Positions 1-8,522 of a DNA stretch of 64,000 bases are shown piece after piece. Source of the stretch: a candidate division FCPU426 bacterium (GTDB lineage Bacteria; Oederibacteriota; JAAXVQ01; JAUVAV01). The notes under the pieces were generated by a model that saw nothing but the letters and a program-made list of their open reading frames with translations, searched no databases and had not been told where the DNA came from. The position numbers were made by a program, and so were the translations under genes. Position 1 is the first letter of the stretch. Each line of letters opens with the position of its first letter. The DNA lies in NCBI GenBank assembly GCA_040756875.1, contig JBFLYH010000002.1, forward strand, positions 895,078 through 959,077. Direction: 5' to 3'.

Positions 1-416
1 CCGACGTGGCCGCAGGCTACGACCACATCGCGTGCGCCATCGGCGGCGCGGTCGCGGCCGCGGCCGGCGCCGATTTCCTCTGCTATGTGACGCCGGCCGA
101 GCATCTGCGCCTGCCCGATATCCAGGACGTCCGGCAGGGCGTGATCGCGGCCCGGATTGCGGCCCATGCCGCGGACGTGGCCAAGGGCGTGCCCGGCGCG
201 CGCGAGTGGGACGAGAGCATGTCCCGGGCGCGCAAGGCGCTGGACTGGGAGCAGCAGATCGCCCTGGCCATCGACCCGCAGGCCGCGCGGGCCGCGCGGC
301 AGTCGCGGCCGCCGGCCACGCCGGACGTGTGCACCATGTGCGGCGAATTCTGCGCGGTCAAAACCATCAACGAGTTTTTGTCCTGCAACGCTGAAGACCA
401 GCGTCATGGCAAGTGA
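1..416 (+). CDS. thiC: Phosphomethylpyrimidine synthase, C-terminal part (gene starts before the window)
   Basis: [21 protein letters not shown] and C-terminal Fe-S motif CTMCGEFC; frame is open to the window edge. Confidence 0.96.
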   Translation, partial: DVAAGYDHIACAIGGAVAAAAGADFLCYVTPAEHLRLPDIQDVRQGVIAARIAAHAADVAKGVPGAREWDESMSRARKALDWEQQIALAIDPQAARAARQSRPPATPDVCTMCGEFCAVKTINEFLSCNAEDQRHGK

Positions 417-478
417 ACAAAAGGCTATAAGGCGTTGCAGGATGTCGCCTTCCAATTAAGCCGGATTTACGTGGGAAA

Positions 479-1780
479 TTAATGGTGCCCCGGCCTTCGG
501 CCGTGGGGCTCCAAAGGGTTTATCATCAGGAACGCCGCACCCAGCGCGAAGAGCAGCAGTACGACCGAAAGGCTGAGGCGCGACGCCTGATCGCCCGCCA
601 AACCGAAATGCCGGCCGGCCAGGGCCGCAGCGCCGAGCAGCAGGGGCCCGGCGGCAATAGCCAGCTTGCCCGTCAGATCGTACAGCCCGAAAAAAGCGGC
701 CGCAGAATCCCGGGAAATCAACGTTGCATACCAGGCGCGGCTCAAAGCTTGGATGCCGCCCTGGACCAGCCCGATCCCAGCAGCCAGCAGGAAAAAATCC
801 CCCGCAGACCGCAGGTTCATCCCCCCGAGGGTCACCAGCGCATAAATCACGATGGCCAGCAGCAAGGCCGGGCGCGCGCCCAGGCGCCGGCCGAGCATCC
901 CAAAGGCCAGGGCCGCCGGAAACCCCACGGCCTGCGTGAGCAGCAGGGCCAGCAGCAGGGAGCGGGAGGACAGCCCGAGGGCCAGGCCGTAATCCACGGC
1001 CATGCGCATGATCGTGAAGACTCCGGCAATGTAGCAGATGTAAGCGGCGAGAAACAGCAGCACCGGCCGGCCGGCGGTCCGCAACTCACGCCAGACCGTC
1101 TGCAGGCGGCGCAGCCCGGCGCCGAACAGGCTCCAGCCGCGCTCCGCGCCAGGTTCCAAAGGCTCGGGCACCCAGCGCCACAAGGGCAAACTGAAGACCA
1201 GCCACCAGCCTGCGACCAGCACAAAGGAAGCGCGCACCGCGTCCGCGGCATTCGCCAGGCCGAAGCGGCCGGGTTGCCCGACCATCCAGATATTGAGCGC
1301 CAGGAGCAGTCCGCCGCCGACATAGCCCAGAGCGTAACCCCGGGCGGATACCGCATTGTAGTCTTCGGGAGGGGAAACCCGCGTCAGGAGCGCGTCATAG
1401 AAAATATTGCCGCCGGAAAAGCCGATGGAAGCCAGGATGTACAAACCGACGGCCAGGATCCACGCACCGGAAGGAACGGCCGCGAATGCCGAGGTGGCGG
1501 CCAGGCCCAGCAGGGCGAAGGCCGCCAGGAAGCGTTTGCGCGCCGAACCCTGGTCGGCAGCCGCGCCCAGCCACGGCCCCAGCACAGCCAGGGCCAGCCC
1601 GGCCGCGGAATTGGCCAGGGCCAGGCGGCCGGTGCTGGCCACCGGGTCCGCGCCTGCGCTCCAGTATTGTTTAAAAAAAACAGGGAAGAAACCGGCCATG
1701 ACCGTGGTGGCGAAGGCGGAATTGGCCCAGTCGTACAGGCACCAACTCCAGACTGCGCGGGAGAAGGCTGGGCGCCGCAT
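479..1780 (-). CDS. MFS transporter, UMF1/ATG22-like family
   Basis: WCLYDWANSAF N-terminal motif, FYDALL, GYALGYVGG, GGIQALSR; about 12 hydrophobic segments; start set at ATG 1780, 14 nt after the upstream stop. Confidence 0.88.
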   Translation of the reverse strand: MRRPAFSRAVWSWCLYDWANSAFATTVMAGFFPVFFKQYWSAGADPVASTGRLALANSAAGLALAVLGPWLGAAADQGSARKRFLAAFALLGLAATSAFAAVPSGAWILAVGLYILASIGFSGGNIFYDALLTRVSPPEDYNAVSARGYALGYVGGGLLLALNIWMVGQPGRFGLANAADAVRASFVLVAGWWLVFSLPLWRWVPEPLEPGAERGWSLFGAGLRRLQTVWRELRTAGRPVLLFLAAYICYIAGVFTIMRMAVDYGLALGLSSRSLLLALLLTQAVGFPAALAFGMLGRRLGARPALLLAIVIYALVTLGGMNLRSAGDFFLLAAGIGLVQGGIQALSRAWYATLISRDSAAAFFGLYDLTGKLAIAAGPLLLGAAALAGRHFGLAGDQASRLSLSVVLLLFALGAAFLMINPLEPHGRRPGHH

Positions 1781-1794
1781 GCGGGCAGGGGGGG

Positions 1795-3450
1795 TTAGAA
1801 CAGCCAGGTCAGGCCCAATTGTCCGGAGAGGTCCTGCTCCGAGTCCTGGTCGACTTCCTTGAGGTCCACGGGTTTGTCGGGGAAATCCCAACCCATGGGA
1901 CTGTGTGCCACGCGCGTCAGCTGAACCGCAAGGTTGAGGCTCATGGGTCCGTCGCTTACGCCGACGCCGAAACGCAGTGAATCCGTGTTGGTGGTCCAGG
2001 TCCGCAGGGCCAGCGTGGAAGTATTGGGGCCGCGCGGCGTCCGCGATTCGTAGGTGACGCGTTCGTCCGTGTAGCCGAAACGCAGCGTCAGGCCGCGCAG
2101 GACTTCATACTGGGCGCCGAATCCGAACTGGTTGTATCCTGAATTGGCCAGGAGTTCTCCGGCTTGCCGGCTTTTAGAGGACCCCAGCCGGTACTGCATG
2201 GCGATGATGCTTTTTTCGGCCGGGACCACGGCCACGCCGATGCCGATGGACGAAGAGCCCGTGGTGATCTCCGGAGACAATTCCTGGGTGGCGAGGTCGA
2301 GCAGCTCCAGCCGGCCGGTGGGATAGGTATGCTCATGGCCGCGGTTGTCGAACTGCACGCCGAAACGCAGGTCGTCTTCACGCACCATGGGGAGGCGCAC
2401 GCGGAAGGACAGGCTGTACAGAAGGTTCTGCACGTCGCTGGCCAGGAGTGACGAACGGTCCGCCAGGCCGGGGAGATTGGTGTCCCAGCCGAGGTATTGT
2501 TCCTCAGCCTGCCAGGCGGTTTCCAAGGCCACATCCATGACATTGCGGTAGGCATAGAGGCCGTGCAGCATGAGGCTGCGGGGCCAGGCGGCGGTTTCCA
2601 AACGGTTGAACCAGCCGGAATCGGCGGCGGTTTCGGTGAGCGCCAGGGATTGATCGTCCGTCTGCCGCCCCGCCTTCAGCGTCAAACCGACGGTGAGCAG
2701 ATCCTCGGGCGTGAAAAGATCGGCCCAGCGGCTGGCTGCGCCCGCTTCGGCCGCCAAGGACCAGCGGTCGGCATTCAAAGCCGAGGAAAAGATTCCGGGT
2801 GTCGGCGCCAGGGCGTTAAGCCACGAGGCGTACGCCGCGCCTTCCCAGGATGAAATCCGGCCGCGCGCCAGATCGACGCCCGCGCCCAGCGAGAAACTCG
2901 GCGACGCCAGCCAGGCGCCGCGCAGGCGGCCGCCGCCCTGGTAATCCGTGCGCTCCCGGGTCTCGTCGGTCGAGGAGACGATCTCCGCCCCGGCCCGCGG
3001 ATCCAGCTGCAGCACGATTTCCGGCGAAAGCCAGGCCAAGGCGCCTCCGTAACCGGAGGTTTGCCACTGGTTCAAATGGATGGACCAGGTGCTGTCCTTA
3101 TGGCTGAAAACCGTGTCAGCCGGCAGGGTGTTGCCATAGGGATCCAGGTTGGGATATAGCGTGTTGCCGTACACATCCACGATCACGGCCTGGTCGGCGG
3201 GTTTGGTCGTGAATTCGGACATCTCGGTTTTTTGGGAGAGCAGCAGGGAGGCGTCCAGGCGGTCATGATGCGGCAGAAACGCGGCGCCGGCCGGATTGCC
3301 CAGGTTGAACAGGGACAGTACCGTGGTTTCGTCCTCCAGGACCAGATACGTGTCTCCCAGCGCCTGGACCGTCGCTTCGTCCGCAAGCGCGGCCAGGGAA
3401 CCCGCTCCCAATAAGATAACGACCATACCGGCAATTCCAAGACCGCGCAT
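1795..3450 (-). CDS. Putative outer-membrane beta-barrel protein, function unknown
   Basis: Signal peptide MRGLGIAGMVVILLGAGSLAALA, NPAGAAF (FadL/PorV-like N-terminal motif), many amphipathic strands, C-terminal GQLGLTWLF; purine-rich RBS before ATG 3450. Confidence 0.7.
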   Translation of the reverse strand: MRGLGIAGMVVILLGAGSLAALADEATVQALGDTYLVLEDETTVLSLFNLGNPAGAAFLPHHDRLDASLLLSQKTEMSEFTTKPADQAVIVDVYGNTLYPNLDPYGNTLPADTVFSHKDSTWSIHLNQWQTSGYGGALAWLSPEIVLQLDPRAGAEIVSSTDETRERTDYQGGGRLRGAWLASPSFSLGAGVDLARGRISSWEGAAYASWLNALAPTPGIFSSALNADRWSLAAEAGAASRWADLFTPEDLLTVGLTLKAGRQTDDQSLALTETAADSGWFNRLETAAWPRSLMLHGLYAYRNVMDVALETAWQAEEQYLGWDTNLPGLADRSSLLASDVQNLLYSLSFRVRLPMVREDDLRFGVQFDNRGHEHTYPTGRLELLDLATQELSPEITTGSSSIGIGVAVVPAEKSIIAMQYRLGSSKSRQAGELLANSGYNQFGFGAQYEVLRGLTLRFGYTDERVTYESRTPRGPNTSTLALRTWTTNTDSLRFGVGVSDGPMSLNLAVQLTRVAHSPMGWDFPDKPVDLKEVDQDSEQDLSGQLGLTWLF

Positions 3451-3628
3451 GCCAATGACCTTCCTCTCGTGCGAATTCCATGGAGCTCCCCGGCCAAGGG
3501 CCCGGGGTACCAATGCTTGCCCTGCGTTTCTTGCAGGGTAAGCGGCGACATCCCCGCAGCAGAAGATCCGCATTCATCCCCGGCCATAGGCCGGAGGTTT
3601 CTGCGAAGGGGATGAAAAGGTAACGCCG

Positions 3629-3658
3629 ATGATACCCTTGGGTTTTGCTTTGTGTCAA
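3629..3658 (-). promoter_or_regulatory. Sigma70-type promoter for the beta-barrel/MFS operon
   Basis: Minus strand TTGACA-N18-TATCAT. Confidence 0.55.
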
Positions 3659-3741
3659 GCGTTACGAAAGCAGACCGGTTAGAATACTATATCTATATGA
3701 AGAACGGAAGCGCGTGGCCACGGGATTTGGACACCGTTTTC

Positions 3742-3771
3742 TTGACGCGGCGCAAAAATGTTTGCTATAGT
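3742..3771 (+). promoter_or_regulatory. Sigma70-type promoter upstream of the structured leader and aroB
   Basis: TTGACG-N18-TATAGT with TG extension. Confidence 0.6.
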
Positions 3772-3781
3772 AACCCGTTCA

Positions 3782-3956
3782 GACGCATGGACCTGTTTCG
3801 TCCCTCCGCAAGACCTTCGGCCGGGCTTCGGCTCCCCAAGGGACCGCTGGCCGGAGCGAGGATTGCGGGATTATGTTGCGGAGGGAGGGAGCCCCGGCCA
3901 AAGATCCCCGCAGGGGCACTTGAGTCCGGGGGTCACTCCACTGGCACCAGTGCGTC
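3782..3956 (+). ncRNA. Candidate structured RNA (6S-like rod or aroB leader)
   Basis: About 175 nt directly after a promoter; ends pair (GACGCA/TGCGTC) and there are several nested stems; family not confirmed. Confidence 0.35.
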
Positions 3957-3978
3957 CTGGTTTGGCGCGGAGGGCAGC

Positions 3979-5073
3979 ATGCCGACCGTTTGGGTTCGCT
4001 TTGGCGACCGGCGCGATTATCCGATCAGGGTCCAGCCCGGGGCGCTGTCCCGCACCGGCGCGTGGATGCGGCAGCGCGTGGCTGGCAGGACCGCCTGTCT
4101 CATCACGCATCCCGCGCTGCAGCGCCTGTACGGCCTGCGCGTCTCGGCTTCGTTGCGCGCCGCGGGCTTCGATGTGCTGACCCTGCTGGTGCCCGCGGGC
4201 GAAACCAGCAAATCCCTGGCATGGGCCGAGCGGCTGATCAGCAGCATGCTCCGCCGGCGCCTGGACCGTTCGGCCTGCGTGGTCGCGCTGGGCGGCGGCG
4301 TGGTCGGGGACTTGGCCGGGTTCGTGGCCTCGGTTTACCTGCGCGGCATTGAATTCGTGCAAATCCCCACGACCTTGCTGGCGCAAGTGGATTCCTCGGT
4401 CGGCGGCAAGGTGGCGGTGAACCACGCTCTGGGTAAGAATTTAATCGGCGCTTTTTTACAGCCGCGCCTGGTGGTTACAGATCCCGAGACCCTGCGTTCG
4501 CTCCCCCGGCGGCAGTTCCGGTCCGGGCTGGCGGAAATGATCAAGGCGGCGATTATCGCCGATGCCGCGTTTTTCAAGTATTTGGAAAAAAATTTGCCCC
4601 TGTTGCTGGCGCGCGATCCCAAGGCCTTGAGCCGGGCGTTGGCCTGGACGTGCGCGATCAAAGGCCGGGTTGTGGAGCAGGACGAAACCGAAAAGAACCT
4701 ACGGGCGATTTTGAACTATGGCCACACGTTCGGACATGCTCTGGAAACCTATCATCATTACAAACAGTATCTTCACGGTGAAGCCGTGGCCGTGGGAATG
4801 GTTATTGCCGCCCGATTGGCCCAGCAAACAGGCCTTTTGTCCCAGACTGATTCAGAACGGCAGGTTCGTTTAATTAAAATGGCAGGATTGCCGACAGTAG
4901 GAAAAGGGGAAAATATTCAGGCAATAATGAGTCTCATGAAAATTGACAAAAAAGCTCGAAGTGGTCAAAATAGTTTTGTATTGACACCTAAAATCGGTGG
5001 TGCTAGGATTGTGAGGAAAATACCGCCTTTTTCTGTACAACAGGCACTAAAAACCGTTCTCCGGAAGGCCTGA
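3979..5073 (+). CDS. aroB: 3-dehydroquinate synthase
   Basis: ALGGGVVGDLAGF, PTTLLAQVDSSVGGK, LNYGHTFGHALE, LHGEAV; GGAG RBS before ATG 3979. Confidence 0.96.
   Translation: MPTVWVRFGDRRDYPIRVQPGALSRTGAWMRQRVAGRTACLITHPALQRLYGLRVSASLRAAGFDVLTLLVPAGETSKSLAWAERLISSMLRRRLDRSACVVALGGGVVGDLAGFVASVYLRGIEFVQIPTTLLAQVDSSVGGKVAVNHALGKNLIGAFLQPRLVVTDPETLRSLPRRQFRSGLAEMIKAAIIADAAFFKYLEKNLPLLLARDPKALSRALAWTCAIKGRVVEQDETEKNLRAILNYGHTFGHALETYHHYKQYLHGEAVAVGMVIAARLAQQTGLLSQTDSERQVRLIKMAGLPTVGKGENIQAIMSLMKIDKKARSGQNSFVLTPKIGGARIVRKIPPFSVQQALKTVLRKA
4943..5009 (+). promoter_or_regulatory. Internal sigma70 promoter(s) in the aroB 3' end
   Basis: TTGACA(4981)-N17-TAGGAT with TG extension; second TTGACA(4943)-N17-CAAAAT; locally AT-rich. 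Confidence 0.55.
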
Positions 5074-5086
5074 GGGCGGAGGTTAT

Positions 5087-6256
5087 ATGGCAAAAGACGA
5101 TTCCGGGTTTGCTGAAATTGAAGAATATAGCAAAAAATTGAACAGCAATCCCGAATCCCTCGTTTTTGTTCCTTTGGCCGAGTCGTACCGCAAGAGCGGG
5201 ATGCTGGACGAGGCGATAGAAACCTGCCTAAAAGGATTACAGATCCATCCCTCGTACATGAGCGCCCGCATGGTATTGGGCCGGGCTTATATGGAAAAGA
5301 AAATGTACGAGGAGGCGGCGACCGAATTCAAAAAAGTCGCCTCGGCGGATGTAAACAATATCATGGCCCATTCGCTGCTGGGCCAGAACTATCTGCTCCA
5401 GACCAAATACGCGGACGCCATTAAGGAATTCCAGAAAGTGCTGGCGCTTAACCCGGACGACGGCAATGCGCAGCAGATGCTGACCAAGGCCCTGGAATTG
5501 GCGAAACAGAGCAACGGCGCCAAGCCGGAAGCCGGACCGTCCGCCAAATCCGCGGCGGACGCGGAGCGCGACAAAAAACAAAACCTCACCCGCGCCGAAG
5601 AACTCAGCCGGCAGGGTGACGTTGAAAACGCGGTCAAACTGTACCAATTGATATTGGAAGCGGACCCTGAAAACCTGGTGGTTCGCCAGCGGTTGAAGGA
5701 TCTTGAAGTCAAGAAAGCCAAAGCCAGCACGGAACGCAAGGCGCCCGAACGCCCCCGTACGGAAGGCGGCATGTCCGGCCGGGACAATGACAAGATCACG
5801 TCGGACGACATTTTGTCCGTTATGAAAGACACGGTTCCCAGGCCTTCGGCCCCGCCGGCCCAGGTTCGTCAAGCTCCGGCTGCGGCCCCCAAGGCGGACG
5901 CGGCACCGGTTGCGGGCGAACCCATTCCGGCCCTGGCCAAGCTGCAGCAAACCGAAGGCATTATGGGCACCTTGCTGATGGACCTGCAGGGCACGGTGAT
6001 TTCCAGCGCCCTCCAGACCAAGACCGACGTCAAGGAACTGGTGTCGACCGTCTCCCTGATTTTCACCAAGACGGAGAAGTCGGTGCAAGTTATGCATTAC
6101 GGGCAGCAGGTCAACCAGATCTTGATTACGGGCGAACACGGCCAGATCATCTTCAGCAAGATCGGCAGCAAGATTCTGGTGGTGCTGGCCAACGACAACA
6201 TCAATCTGGGAAAGATGCGCCTGGCCATGAGTGAAGTGGTCAAGGTGCTGCGATAG
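5087..6256 (+). CDS. TPR-repeat protein with C-terminal Roadblock/LC7 (MglB-like) domain
   Basis: N-terminal TPRs (PESLVFVPLAESYRKSG...), Pro/Ala linker, C-terminal GIMGTLLMDLQGTVISS...NLGKMRL Roadblock pattern. Confidence 0.8.
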   Translation: MAKDDSGFAEIEEYSKKLNSNPESLVFVPLAESYRKSGMLDEAIETCLKGLQIHPSYMSARMVLGRAYMEKKMYEEAATEFKKVASADVNNIMAHSLLGQNYLLQTKYADAIKEFQKVLALNPDDGNAQQMLTKALELAKQSNGAKPEAGPSAKSAADAERDKKQNLTRAEELSRQGDVENAVKLYQLILEADPENLVVRQRLKDLEVKKAKASTERKAPERPRTEGGMSGRDNDKITSDDILSVMKDTVPRPSAPPAQVRQAPAAAPKADAAPVAGEPIPALAKLQQTEGIMGTLLMDLQGTVISSALQTKTDVKELVSTVSLIFTKTEKSVQVMHYGQQVNQILITGEHGQIIFSKIGSKILVVLANDNINLGKMRLAMSEVVKVLR

Positions 6257-6268
6257 ACGGGAGTCGGC

Positions 6269-6628
6269 ATGGACTTTAAAGCCATTCTCAACGAGATGGT
6301 CAGCAACGTGGACGGGGCCATCGGCGCCGGGCTGGTGGGCACCGACGGCATCGTGATCGACCAGGTGTCCCTGAAAGGGTCTTTCAACATCAGCGACGTC
6401 GGGGCGGAATATGCGACCATCATTAAGAACGCCAAGAAGGCGTCGGAGAGTTTCGGCTTAGGCAAGACCAGTGAGATTCTCATCAGCACCGAGCGGGCCA
6501 TGATGATCATGAACACGGTGAGCACCCAATATTTCTTGGCCATTGCGCTGGAACTGGACGGTAACCTGGGACGCGGACGCCTGGAAGTGAAAAAGGCGAT
6601 CCCCAAGATCGAAAAAGAATTGACATAA
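6269..6628 (+). CDS. Roadblock/LC7 domain protein (MglB/MglC-like)
   Basis: VDGAIGAGLVGTDGIVI...YFLAIAL..DGNLGRGR; 119 aa. Confidence 0.85.
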   Translation: MDFKAILNEMVSNVDGAIGAGLVGTDGIVIDQVSLKGSFNISDVGAEYATIIKNAKKASESFGLGKTSEILISTERAMMIMNTVSTQYFLAIALELDGNLGRGRLEVKKAIPKIEKELT

Positions 6629-6757
6629 TGTTTCGTCCCCGCTAGCGGGCACCGCCACTTTTAGCCGCAAGGCTGAAAGTGGTTTTTTTTAGGGAAAAAC
6701 CGCGGATGCCCGCACGGATTCTTAGCCGGTCGCGCGGCGGCCGGACCGGAGGTCGGC

Positions 6758-7144
6758 GTGTCGTCCCATCAGCGTGCGGAATCACATCCCGCGCGGTACA
6801 CCCTGAAAGTGCCGGGCACCGGCCGGCTGTGGCGGTGGGTGGCGTTCGGACTAGGCCCGCTCCTGCTCCTGGCGCTGCTGTTCTGGGGAGATAAAAGCGT
6901 TTTGCACATCTGGGCGCTCCTTCGTGAAGACCGGAACGCGCAGCGGCAGATCGAGACGCTCGAGACCAAAAACCAGCGGCTGCGCGGCCAAATCGGGGTT
7001 CTGCGCCAGGATCCCAAGGCCGTGGAACGGATCGCGCGCGAGGAACTTGGTTTTGTGAAACCGGACGAGATCGTGTACCGCTTCGTGCCCCCCCAACGCG
7101 GGGACGTTCCGCCGACGGTTCAGGAAAGCCGGGAAAAGCAATGA
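6758..7144 (+). CDS. ftsB: Septum formation initiator FtsB/DivIC
   Basis: Single TM, coiled coil, ERIAREELGFVKPDEIVY motif. Confidence 0.85.
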   Translation: MSSHQRAESHPARYTLKVPGTGRLWRWVAFGLGPLLLLALLFWGDKSVLHIWALLREDRNAQRQIETLETKNQRLRGQIGVLRQDPKAVERIAREELGFVKPDEIVYRFVPPQRGDVPPTVQESREKQ

Positions 7145-7758
7145 ATTGGGAACGGGCCACGAGCGCGGACCGCGAAATCATCGGTCGTCAGATTCAGCGT
7201 CCGCCCCGCAACCTGCATGGTCTGGCGCTGCGCTGCGCGTGCCATTGCCCCAAGGTGACGGTCAATTACCCGCTGGGGCAGGGCGAAGCGGACGCGGCAT
7301 TTTTCCCTACCGTGTTTTGGCTGACCTGCCCCGAGGCCGTGCGCCGCGTCAGTCAGATCGAGGACCGCGGTTATATCTCCAAAATCCAGGACCACATTGA
7401 TCATAGCGCCGCGCTTTCCCAGGAGTTGCGGGACGCCCACATGGAATATATATTTGTCCGCCGTTCGTTGCTCGCGCCTGAAACGCGCCTGGCCCTGCGT
7501 GCGGAGCAGGCCGTGTGGGCGCCGCACGTGGAACAGCTCGGCATCGGGGGCGTGGCCGATCTGGCGGGCATCAAATGCCTGCACATGCATTACGCCCATT
7601 ATCTGGCCACCCACCACAACCCGGTGGGCAGGCTGGTGGACCACATGTTGCGCTTGATGCAAGAACGCTGGCAGTGCCAATGCTGCCAACAAATGCCCGA
7701 ACATGCCGGGGTGGCGGAATTGGCAGACGCAACGGACTTAAAATCCGTTGAACCGTAA
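7141..7758 (+). CDS. DUF501 family protein; 3' end overlaps tRNA-Leu
   Basis: FPTVFWLTCP, GIGG, IKCLHMHYAHYL, NPVG motifs; ATGA overlap with ftsB, as in known divIC-DUF501 pairs. Confidence 0.85.
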   Translation: MNWERATSADREIIGRQIQRPPRNLHGLALRCACHCPKVTVNYPLGQGEADAAFFPTVFWLTCPEAVRRVSQIEDRGYISKIQDHIDHSAALSQELRDAHMEYIFVRRSLLAPETRLALRAEQAVWAPHVEQLGIGGVADLAGIKCLHMHYAHYLATHHNPVGRLVDHMLRLMQERWQCQCCQQMPEHAGVAELADATDLKSVEP

Positions 7759-7793
7759 GGTTCGTGCCGGTTCGATCCCGGCCCTCGGCACCA
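7705..7793 (+). tRNA. tRNA-Leu (anticodon TAA)
   Basis: GCCGGGG/CCTCGGC acceptor stem, anticodon arm ACGGA-CTTAAAA-TCCGT, long variable arm, GGTTCGATCCC T-loop, encoded CCA. Confidence 0.97.
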
Positions 7794-7816
7794 GCGCCCC
7801 GCTTGCGCGGGGCGCA

Positions 7817-7904
7817 GAGCAGGTGAGCAGGCGAACAGGCGAGCAGTAGAATAAAGAAAAAGGCATGCGAACCCGCGGTCACCTGATCATCTGTTCAACT
7901 GTTC
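7817..7904. repeat. 8-bp-period tandem repeats with an inverted counterpart
   Basis: GAGCAGGT GAGCAGGC GAACAGGC GAGCAGTA (7817-7848) versus TCACCTGA TCATCTGT TCAACTGT (7879-7902). Confidence 0.55.
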
Positions 7905-7989
7905 TCGCCGTAGGCGAGGGCCAGAGCAATTGAGCAAGTAGAGAAATCCCGGGCAATACAACCCTAAACAACCTCCCGAACATTTTCCG

Positions 7990-8046
7990 TTGACAAAAAC
8001 CCGACCCGGGTATATATTTCGTCTTCCGAATAGTTCGGATACCGAA
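7990..8046 (+). promoter_or_regulatory. Sigma70 promoter with tandem palindromic operators (probable MarR sites)
   Basis: TTGACA-N17-TATATT (7990-8018); TTCG-N5-CGAA at 8018-8030 and 8034-8046. Confidence 0.7.
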
Positions 8047-8069
8047 ATAAAACCGGAAGGACCCGCGCG

Positions 8070-8522
8070 GTGTCGGAACTGACCGAACAGGCGAAGTACC
8101 TGATCCAGCTCATGCCCCGGCTGCACAAGATGATCTCCGGCCGGGTCAGCTGGCCGCCGCACCCTCTGGCGCGGAAGCTGACCGTAAGCCAGATGCACGC
8201 CATGGGGTATCTCGCGGCCCGGGGGCCCCTGACCATGCGGGAACTGGCCCAGTGCTGCCAGATTGCCATGCCTTCGGCGAGCGAAACGGCGGACCGCTTG
8301 GTGCGGCTGGGCATGGCCCAGCGTAAATCCGATCCCCGGGACCGGCGGCGCGTGCGGCTGCAGGTCACGGCCAAAGGGCGGAAGGAATTCCTCGCCCAGC
8401 AGGCGTACGCCTGCAACCGGTTTACCAAGCTGCTGGATACGCTGGACGCCGGCGAACGCCGGCAGCTGTTGAACGCTTTTAAGATTATTGAACGGGTGCT
8501 GGCCCCCGGGAGGAAGCCATGA
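8070..8522 (+). CDS. MarR family transcriptional regulator
   Basis: LTMRELA..ASETADRLVRLG..DPRDRRRVRLQVTAKG winged-HTH signature. Confidence 0.92.
   Translation: MSELTEQAKYLIQLMPRLHKMISGRVSWPPHPLARKLTVSQMHAMGYLAARGPLTMRELAQCCQIAMPSASETADRLVRLGMAQRKSDPRDRRRVRLQVTAKGRKEFLAQQAYACNRFTKLLDTLDAGERRQLLNAFKIIERVLAPGRKP

Noticed and set aside
3940-3970. TGGCACC resembling a T-box bulge upstream of aroB
   Set aside because: No antiterminator helices, terminator or stem I motifs recognisable
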